Shown: positions 16,050 through 27,422 of the stretch, piece by piece
How the letters are laid out: each line of letters opens with the position of its first letter
How positions within the stretch are numbered: position 1 is the stretch's first letter
Assembly (NCBI RefSeq): GCF_009914755.1
Contig: NC_060931.1
From: the human T2T-CHM13v2.0 reference genome, Homo sapiens
DNA: 64,000 bases
Reading direction: 5' to 3' (one strand)
Position numbers and translations under genes: made by a program
The notes under the pieces: model-generated
Seen by the model: the letters and a program-made list of their open reading frames with translations, nothing else
Told to the model about the DNA's origin: nothing
The model's database searches: none

Positions 16050-17460
16050 AAAGGTCTACTTAAGAAAAAGAAAATAAACAGCATCAAATTTAAGAAGTTA
16101 TAAAAATTTATTTAAAAAAGCAAGATATATGAGGGTAACAATAACAATAAAATCATAAATCATAAAAAATATAATTGCAAAATCCTGACTGGCTTGTTTA
16201 AAAAAGAAACAATAATAAAATAGATAAGTTTCAATAAAATTTAATCAAGATAAAGTACACATTAAAAATTAGAAATAAAGCATATAACAACAGATGTGAA
16301 GATATTTAAAGTTGATACTATAATATATTAATATTTTGTCTTAATAAAGTAGATAATTTAACTTTAATAGGTGAATATAGCAATAACAATGTAGTATGTA
16401 CTAAAAAGGAGTAACTTTCCTCCAAAAAAACCTTTACAAGCAATGGACTTATAGATTTCCTTCAATAATCAAGAAATGTGAAATGTCAACAAAATGTTCA
16501 ATGACATAGAAAAATGGGGGGGAAAGAAATTTTTAACAAAACTTTTGTAAATCTGATATATAATCTGATAATGACAACAGTGAAGAAAATTACAGAACTT
16601 CTTTCAGATAAACATATGGAAAATCTTAGAAAAACTTACCAATATATTAATAGAAAGTAATATAAAAATCAGAATAAATATCATAAAATTATTGAACAAA
16701 ACTCAAGATTGATTTCTGATTAAAAAGAAAAATACAGTTACAGGGAAAAGTGGAATTACTAACATCTAACAAATATATTAAGGATGCCAATCTAAAATTT
16801 GCTAATAGCATCATATTTAAAAAATAATAACTATTAACATGAGAAGGAATGTAAGATTTAATAATTAGCATTATATTAAAATTCTGGGAATTCTGATCAA
16901 TGCAATAAAATATCAAGCAGAAGTAACTAATTCAAAAGAGGTGATAACATATTATTTACAAATATTACAAGTATAAGGAACCTTAAAATGATCATTTTCT
17001 ATAATTTATTATAGTAAATTGTGAAAGTCTACCTTAGGAAAATAACACTAAGAGAAAATGTTAACAAAAATATCCTTGGAGTTATTTATGTTAACAAAAT
17101 TTGGAAAAGCCTAAATATTTAGCTAGAAGGAAACAGTACATTGATATAGACTGGCATTAAACTTAGTTTCTTGATTTGATTAAACTTAGTTTCTATGAGA
17201 CATTTGTATCATTCAAAGTTGTATGTATAGACACTGACTGAAACACAAAGTGGGTTATAATATTGAATATGTGATATAATGGCAACCATGATGAAAATGT
17301 CAGAGAACCAAATAGAAGGAAAAGAGCGGAACCTGAATAAAGATTACCTTTGGACAGTGGGATCTTAGTTCCTTTTACTCTTCCTATTAATTTAAAATTT
17401 GCAAATTTATTACCTTGAGAATATGAGAATACATTATATTTATAATTAAAAAACATAAAA
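16050..17460 (+). mobile_element. Highly decayed L1M/L1ME remnants
   Basis: A-rich strand bias with ORF2-like motifs (AAATTACAGAAC...AAACATATG; GCTAATAGCATCATATT; AATGCAATAAAATA) and an L1ME-like 3' end. Confidence 0.55.
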
Positions 17461-19281
17461 TGAGTGCTAAATAAACAAATATACCAAATTCTGTTTAGAA
17501 TTCATTTCCCCAAAGAAACTTTCCTTGATTAATCCCACTGGCATTGATTATTATTTCATATGGCACCCCCATACTTATGTATTCAGTTTCTACCATATTA
17601 GTTTGCACGTTTTAAAAAGTCAATTTATAAGCATAATTATGGCATTTCTACATTTATATAGTGTAGTCTCCAAACTGAATTATAAGCTTGAAGATATGAG
17701 GAACCACAATGTATTTCCAACTATATTTATGCAATAAATCATGTGGTACTTTTCACAGAGTGAATGTTGTTAACTTACTGAACACCTGATGAAACATGGG
17801 AAAGATGGCCATATCTGACAAGAGGAACAGATGTGAAATAAAATCCAACATTCTGTATAATTCTTATTGTCTCTTAACCCTACTTGTTGAATTACAAAAA
17901 CTACATATACAAAAATTTGAGCATTATACTCTTTAGCTGTACATTATCATTTCGAAACAAACTTATACATGGCTCTCACTATTACAATAATCTTCCCACT
18001 GTAAAAACTTTTAAGCTGTAACTTTCTGCCATTACTACATTATCTTCATATTAGTTTATGCCATACTTCTTTCTGAGTTTCTGTCAATATTCATCTGAAG
18101 TATTTTTGTGTAAAAATTAGATAGTAACAGGAAAATAGATAACTGCTTCTAATAGGTAGAAGTCATTACTACAGCTTTGCCTATTAACACATACACATTA
18201 TTTCTTCATGTCCCAGATGTTCAGGTATATGGGAATGAAAAAAATTAATGAGTTGGAACTGCTTGATTCAGTTATTCTGGTGACAAACAATCTGTATAGC
18301 TCATTGACGATTGTTTTACCCTTGACAAAGTGGCTGCAATTGTTACTTGCAGATGTAGCCACACTTAATTTCTTTTCTCCAGTCCCCACTGCATTGTATT
18401 TGTTATTCTTGATATGAGAAATGTGTTAAGAAACATGCCACTAACTGCATGTACTCCCTATACAATTAGCTACAGAAAGAGGTGATGACTCATATTATTT
18501 ACAAATATTATGAGTATAAAGAACCTTAAAATAATCATTTTCTATAATTTGTTATCAATTGTTAAGTTTATTTTAACAATTATCAGTTAGCTACAGAACA
18601 CGAGTAGTGTTTCTTACTTTAGCCAGATGTAAACATGTGATGCGGTAATATAGTGAAGAATATTACTCACTTCAGGGGATAGGGCCTTGGTCAAGAATTT
18701 TGAGAAACTCTTGAAAAAGGAAAAGAAAACCCCCATGATAGTAATACAATTCCAAAAGCAAAAGGAAAATATTGTAAATGTATTAAATTAAAAAATATTT
18801 TAAGGTAAGGCAAATGTAGGTATAGAATGGTGAATCACATACAAATTGTGAAAGTGAGTAATGACCCAGAAATCAAAGGAGAGGGAAAAATATGGTAGGT
18901 GAATATGGTTGCAATGCTAATTAAAAAATGTTATTAGCAGCTAGCTCAATTCAAGCTTTGAATAAATAGAAATAGAGTGTTTATAACAGTACGCTTAATC
19001 TACCGGTGACAATATTAAGATAATTGTTGAAATATACTTAAAAGAAGTTAGTGAAGGCAGACAATGAAAGACTATTGAACTTTTCTGGTTTCTTTTGTAA
19101 AAATTTGCCTATGTCCAACATACAGGCACAAAAATAAAATAATAGAAATAGAGAGCAAATCTTGGCCATTCAAATGAGAGTCAGCTATTAATTATTTGGC
19201 CATAGGCTGTATTTGTACAAGAAAACTTTGGCTAAAATATGCCATTCAATAGAAATACTCATTTTTCAAGTGTTAACAACC

Positions 19282-19980
<699 letters not shown>

Positions 19981-21271
19981 CAAACCAAGGATGAATGTTT
20001 GAGGCCCCTGTCAAAATACACATTTGAAAAGATTAGAACGTCTGCAATGCCAAATGAATTACATTAGTAGAGGCAAATTCTAACAATGAAATGAGAAGAA
20101 CTGCAAACAGAAAGAATCACAGAGAGAACCATTTAATTTTAACATTGAGGAAAAACTTTGAATGTGGGTTCCATTCAATTGTACAATAACTCAATGTATA
20201 CAGCATCAACACTTTTAAAATATTGAGATAAAATATTTTTGGATTTTATCAAATTTGATGTAATGCTAGAAGAAGAATTCATACTTTGAAGGGACTGTGA
20301 TAAATTAAAGGATTTATTTAGTTCTCTTTGCACTTGCTACATGCTGTTTCCAATATGAATATTTTCACAAGATTTACATGTCTAATACATGAGTTGGCTC
20401 CTGAACTTGAAGCAACTGTTAGCAATAGATACACTGGTAAAAAAAATTATCTTCTGCTGTCCTGCATGACCATGGACATGGACATCTTAGTATTTATGCA
20501 TAATAAAAACTTTCAGTTCAGCTTAGTAAATATTTATTGACAATGTGCTAATCATGAGGAGGACTGTGGATAAAGGTGGATGATAAAGATAAATTTAAGT
20601 TGGGGAAACTACCACCACTACATCTACAAGGGCTGAAAGTATATACAAGTCAGAAGCACATAGAAATCACTGAACCACAAAGTAAATGGCCGTGTCTAAG
20701 TGCTGCTATATACCCAAACCATGTCCTACTTATATAGTCCTTTAAATGGATAAATAATACATTAATTCTGACTGGGAAGGGAGAAAGTTTCTAGGAATAG
20801 TTCTTTAAAAGGTTGCATCAGTTTTGATTAATACATAGGAAGAGACTGTTACAGAAGAAGAGCTAGCTAACGGAAGACCTAGCATAATTTTATTCTTGCA
20901 CAATATCAGGGAACCCAACAGTTTTGTCAGCAGTAGCTACTTTTAATTTCCTTGGATACTTGAGATCATCTGGGAAGATTGTGGTAAGTAAGGCTGCTGA
21001 TGAACACTTTGATTAAGAAAGGATTTATCGAGCTGGGCACAGTCACTCATGCCTGTAATCCCAGCCATGTAGGAGGATGAGGCAGGAAGACTGCTTAAGT
21101 CCAGGAATTAGAGATTAACCTGGGCAATACAGCCAGACCACCATCTCTACAAAAAATAAAAAAACAATTAGATGGGCATCGTGGCACATGCCTGTGGCCC
21201 CAGCTACTGGGGAGACTGAGGTAAAAAATCACTTGGGCCCAGGAGTTTGAGGCTACAATAAGCTATGATTG

Positions 21272-22477
21272 TGATGGCAGCGGCTGCTGCCATCATGCCA
21301 GCTGCAGGGGAGAGATGTGGCCGGGGTTGTATGCTCCCTAGAGTTGGCAGGATGGGGACAAGTGGGAGCCCTGCCCCTTCCGAGTTGGAATGGGAGCTCC
21401 CTGGGTGCCGCTGCAGCTGCCCTAACTGCAGCTGTAGCTGTAGACCTGGACCTCCCACTCCATGGAGCAGACAGGAGTTTATCCAACTCCCCTACTCTGT
21501 CCCCACCCCAGCCCACCACCCAGCCACCCAAACCAATGCTGCAGACTCAGGCATCCCTGCACTCTTGAGGAGCCTGGGAATGTCCCCCTTGCCCCTTGCA
21601 GGCTTGGAGGCACCTCCTCCTGCTCCCTGGTCTCTCCCACCTCCTGGCTTTGTGCTCTGATCTCAGAGTGGGGTTGGGACCCAGCAGTGTGCTGTCACAG
21701 CCCAGCCAGTTGTGCACACATTGGAAGCAGTGCTGATATGCCAGTCCCCTGCCACCTCAGCCCCTCTGGACTTTGGAGACCAAGGAGCAGGAGCATGGGA
21801 GGGGAAGCTGAGGGGGTCCGAGGGTGGCTGAGCACTGGCCTGCAAGTGCCCCTTGATGCCAGCAGCCTGGGTGTCATGGATGGCTGTGGGAGGCAGACAG
21901 GCTCCTGAGTGGAAGGGGATGGGTCCCCAGTGAAACCCCACCTGCAGGCTAGGCTGCCAGTCCTGCAGACTGGAGGCAAAACTCATGGTGCTTTTTCCGG
22001 GGCCTGCTCATGGCTGCCCATGGACCAATGGGCATACACTTCCTCCCCTCTGACATCCATAAAAGCCCAGGACTCAGCCAGAACAGGTCAGAAGACAGAG
22101 GAGGGAAGACTAGAGGCAGGAAGGAGCTATCCTTTTTGCTGATAGCTGGAGACAATGGGAGGTCCAGCTACTTTCTCTGCTGAATGCTTCAGAGACCTGC
22201 AGAGATGTCTGGGAACTACCAGCTGCAGACAGGAGCAACCCTCTCCAGGGTTTCCCTTTCTGCTGAGAGCTGAACACTTGACAGAACAACCTATAGAGGA
22301 GCTACTCACTATGGGTCTCCTCTGAGCTGTTCTAACACTTAATAAAGCTCCTATCTTTTAACCCTTCACTTGTCTACCTACACCATTCTTCCTGGATGCA
22401 GGACAAGAACTCGGGCAAAGATGCCACCAACCACAGTTTTCCAACCAGAAAATCGACACCCCAAAGATTCCATAACA
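21272..22477 (+). mobile_element. MER52-family ERV1 solo LTR
   Basis: TGATGGCAGCGGC...CATAACA termini, exact 4-bp TSD ATTG, GC-rich U3, AATAAA at 22341-22346. Confidence 0.9.
22025..22064 (+). promoter_or_regulatory. LTR core promoter motifs (CCAAT and TATA-like CATAAAA)
   Basis: CCAAT 22025-22029 and CATAAAA 22058-22064 upstream of the LTR poly(A) signal; activity unknown. Confidence 0.4.
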
Positions 22478-23103
22478 ATTGCACCACTGCACTCCAGCCT
22501 AGGTGAGAGAGTGAGACCCTGACTCTTAAAAAAAGGAAAAAAAGGAATTATCCACAAGTTATTAGATAAGACTGCTAATAGCTTCTAATTGCGATACTTT
22601 CCCGTTTGAAATGGAAGGTATGGAAGTTAACACCAGGTCAGTTTTCCCAAAGTTATAACCCTGCTTTTGGCCTCTTTCAGCTCCAGTCAGACATTAGCAA
22701 TGCTCAGTTACCTTCAATATTAAGCCAGTCCTGACATGAAACTGGCAGCATTTGAGAACACTGACCCAGACTTGAAGGTAGATCTGGAATTAGGATTGCT
22801 GCTTTAAGCCCAGTATCAAGGTATACAATGAATCATGAATTTCTCATAAACCAAATTTAGTGGATTTTTTCCTATAATTCTGATGATAACTTTGCCTTGA
22901 TTATATATTAAAACAATTCATTTGCTGTATCTTCATTACTGTCCCAAATGTTTTGGGTTGACATACTGATGTTAGCTAGAGGTTTTGGTCTCAAGTTTCA
23001 GTAGCTGCTCCAATGTAAAATGATCACACATAAATCTTAGGTTTTTACTTATATGATACCTTGTCTGATACTATCTTCATCTATCAAATAAAGGGTGTAG
23101 TAT

Positions 23104-23452
23104 TTTCTTAATCAATGTGGGCTGCTATAACAGAAAACACAGATTGAGTGACTAAAACAATAAACATTTGTTTTTCACAGATCTGTAGGCTGTAAATCTG
23201 AAATCAGGGAGTCAGCATGGTTGGGTTCTTGGTGAAGTCTATCTTCCTGGTTTACAGATGGCTGTCTTATTTTATCCTCACATGGAGGAGAGAAAAATCT
23301 CTCTTGTATCTCTTCTTAGAAGGGCACTACTTTCCTTCGATGAGGGTTTCATCTTCATGACCTAATTACCTCCCAAAGGTTTACCTCCTAATACCAATAC
23401 ATTGAGAGTTAGGATTTCAACATATGAATTTGAGGGATTTGCAGTTCATAAC
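23104..23452 (-). mobile_element. MLT1A0-type MaLR LTR
   Basis: GGGCTGCTATAACAGAA...CATGACCTAATTACCTCCCAAAGG...GTTCATAACA. Confidence 0.85.
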
Positions 23453-25039
23453 AACTATCAATGTCAACTCAGTTCAAGCTTGAATTTGTTTTTCTTTGGA
23501 TGACAAATCTCTAATTAATTTGAATTCATCTTTCCCCAGTCTGGTTCAGTGTTGTCTTCTTTCTCCTTCACCACCAACAGTTAGCAAGGTGTCAGTTTTA
23601 CTTGAGGCTAAGTCTGTTTTAGTTATCACAATAGAGAACCCTGTAAGCTATATCTTAGTTTCCCCTTTCATAATATTTTTCATTATGGAAAAAATACATT
23701 ATAAACATTGTTCCTATTCTAAGAAACTTGGCTGCATCTTTGCAACAAAAATAATGTGGACATTTGCCAAATACAGCTGTAGAGAAAGGTAAAATCATTG
23801 CTCTGAATTATTCATGAAATCACAGAAATTAGGGACAAACACTAAATAAGAATGAATTATTCAGTGACCTGAAACACATATTTTCTTTAGTTTCTCATGT
23901 AATTTGAAATGTACTGCAATTTACATCCTCAGTGTTATATGATGTTTCTCTTTTAGTGAAAAGCACCCAACAGAACTTGTTAAACAAATGAGTTTTTTTC
24001 TCTTCCCATCTCTAAAAGCATTTTTTATACCTACACATCTACAAATACGTTTTAATAGACCTAACGTCTCTATGATGTCATTTTCCCCTTGGGTACCAGA
24101 ATATATATTTAGTCCTGTAGAATTATTTAGCTCTCAGGTGCTGAGTTACTATTTCCCAGGAGTTGCATTGCCCAAAGTAATGTGGACATTTTTCTCATTT
24201 TAAATTTCACCTCACATGGTCCTTTGGTTTTGTTGCATTTTGTACCTGTTTTGATTGTTTTTTTCCTCTCTATGGAAATTATTTGCCAAGTAAGGAGAAA
24301 AAGTGTTGATGTTTTTCCTTATTCAAAAATTATGGTAGATGAAAAAAATCTGATTAAATAACTCTATTACATTCTTTCTCAACTTTTTACTGAGATAAAC
24401 ATGAAGGCACTGAAAAGGTGAAATTTTCAGCTATTGAAAATTTGGAATGTAGGACATCATGCCGAGATTTAAGGAAACGTATCAATAATTTAGCAAGGGA
24501 TGGTAGTAGATACACAAAAAGCAATTAGAAGCAAAAAGGCCTTGGATTCTTTTCATGTTAAAGAAAATATATTCTGAAAGTAAGTACAAAGACACTTTGT
24601 ATTTCCTTTATAACCTGTTCCCTAACAGAATACCAAGGCCTATGCCAAGGGAAAAACTGTGTAGATATGTTTTTCTCTTCTGGTGCTGATATGGTCATAG
24701 GATGGGGAGCTTGCTCTTTGCTATTTCTCTAACCAATCTTATTACTATATCAATTAATATCAAAATATTTCAAGTCTAGTTACTGACAAGAGAGTAAACT
24801 AGAGTGGAATCCTGACTCATAACAAGGATTCAGATCTAGAGTTCTCATAAAGTGAAGAGATTATGTTTGCAACTGAGAAACGAATGTAAAAACTGTAAGG
24901 AATCCCTGGAAAGTCTGAAAGTCCCTGAGCCCTGATACAGAGAGCAAATGGCAGTTTAAAGCTGACCATCTCTCATTCCCTCCACTATTTCTCACATAAG
25001 AATATTACAGTACACTGTTCACTGCTCTCTCTGCTTCAA

Positions 25040-25575
25040 GCTTTGCCCTTCCACCTCTCTATTCCACAGAGAAGGTAGAATGCTCCTCTTAAAATACAAG
25101 GTGGATTATTTTGCTCATCTGCTTAAAAACTTTTCAATGGCTTCTCATCTCATTCTGAATAAAATTCAAAGTCCTTTCCAGGCTTACAAGTCCCTGTACG
25201 ATCCTGAGCCTTGACAATATCTCTGACAAAATCTCCAGCCTCCCATTGGTCACTCCTGCTCTGTCACACTAGTGTCCTTGCTGTTGTTTTGAAATATAGA
25301 AAGCATGATTTTACTCCAGTGTCTTTAATCCTTGTTATTTTCTCTGCCTGCCTTCTTCTGTCTCTTCGGCATTCCATATGACTCATCTCCTCATTCCCCT
25401 TAGTACTTTTTCCATGTGGCATTTGAATACAGAAATCTTCACTATCTAAAATTATACTCCCATATCCATAACTTCTTTTATTGCTCTAGATATCCTTACA
25501 ACATTTATCATTACCACTTATTAGCTTATTTGTCTTTCCTTACTAAAATGTAAACTAAATACAGACAGAAATTTT
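25040..25575 (+). mobile_element. L2a 3' region; its last segment resumes at ~30724-30800 beyond the L1 insertion
   Basis: CTGCTTAAAAACTTTTCAATGGCTTCTCATCTCA...AAAATTCAAAGTCC; ACTAAAATGTAAACT; ATAGGTACTCATGAAATA at 30.78 kb. Confidence 0.75.
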
Positions 25576-25938
25576 TGTAATTAAAAAACACATAACAAAA
25601 AAATCTACCATCTTAACAAAATGTTAAGTTTGCAGAACATTTTGTTAATGATATACACATTGTTGTACAGCTGAAATCTAGAATGTTTTTATCTTGCTTG
25701 ACTGAAACTCCACACCTGGTGAACAGCAACCCCAGATTTCCTGTTTCCTCCAGGCCCTGACAACTACCATTTTATCTTTTGTTTCCATGTGTTTGGCTAC
25801 TTTCAATACCTCATATAAATGGAATCATGATATATTTGTCTTTGTGTCTGGCTTATTTCACTTAGCGCAATATCCTTAAGATTGATACATGTTGAAATAT
25901 GACAGAATTTCCCTTTTGAAGGGTGAATAATATTCCAT

Positions 25939-25978
<40 letters not shown>

Positions 25979-26106
25979 CACACACATATATACCATATAT
26001 ATACACCATACATATATATACACCATACTATATATATACACCATATATATATACACCATACATATATATATATATATATATACACATATATATACATACA
26101 CCATAT
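25939..26106. repeat. Compound microsatellite (TG)9(TA)11 followed by CACCATA(TA)n units
   Basis: Read directly. Confidence 0.97.
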
Positions 26107-27070
26107 TTTCTTTATCTGTTCATTTGATGATGGACTTTTACATTGTTTCTACTTTTTGGCTATTGTGAATAATTCTGTAATGAATATGGGAATGCAAATA
26201 TCACTTCAAGATCTTGTTTTCAATTATTTTGGAATTATTCAATTATTTTGGAAAAACGCCCACAAGTGGGATTGCTGCATCATATGGTAGGTCTATTTTT
26301 TAATGTTCTGAGGACCCTCCATACTGTTTTCCATAGTGGCTCTACCATTTTACATTCCTACTGACAGTACTTAAGGTTCTAACTCAATTTCTCCACATCT
26401 TCATCAACACTTGCAATTTTTTTTTTAAAATGGTCACACAGTTATGAGGTGATAAATTCTGTTGTGATTTTAATTAGCATTTCCCTGATGATTAATGATG
26501 TTGAGTATCTTTTTATATCCCTGTTGGTCATTTGCATGTCTTCCTGAAAAATATCAATTTAAGAATTTGGCCGTTTTAAAATTGGGTTATGTGTTTATCT
26601 GCTTTTGAGTTATAGGTGTTTCTTATATATTTTGGATATTAAGCCCTTAACACATATACAGTTTTCAAATATTTTCTCCAATTCTATAGGCTGCCTGTTC
26701 ACTCTGTTTTTTCCTTTTTTGCACAGAAGCATTTTATCTTGATGTAATCACCCTAACCTATTTTTGATTTGATTGCCTGTGCTTTTGGTGTCAAATCCAA
26801 GGAATTATTGCCACGACCAATGTAATAAAGCCTTTCTTTATGTTTTCTTGTAGGAGTTTTACAGCTTTAGTTCTTACATTTAAGTCTTCAATCCATTTGG
26901 AGTTAACATTTGTGAACAGTGTAAGATAAGGGTTCACTTTCATTCTTTTGCATATGGATATCCAGTTTTCCCAACAATATTTGTTGAAGAAATTGTCCTT
27001 TCTCCATTGTATAGTTTTAGCACCCTCGTCAAAGATCATTTGACTATATGCATGTGGGTTTATTTCCGGG

Positions 27071-27422
<352 letters not shown>

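Larger units (their letters stand above)
21030..22540 (+). mobile_element. Alu (AluJ-type) split by an LTR; Alu parts 21030-21271 and 22478-22540
   Basis: Right arm ...AGCTATGATTG resumes as ATTGCACCACTGCACTCCAGCC; Alu TSD AAAGGATTTATC 21018-21029 / AAAGGAATTATC 22541-22552. Confidence 0.92.

Noticed and set aside
18330-18367. Short hairpin GTGGCTGCA...TGTAGCCAC as a possible miRNA or ncRNA
   Set aside because: The stem is only about 9 bp, too short for a pre-miRNA.
21204-22309. Dense overlapping ORFs on both strands, up to 148 aa
   Set aside because: Caused by stop-codon scarcity in the GC-rich MER52 LTR.
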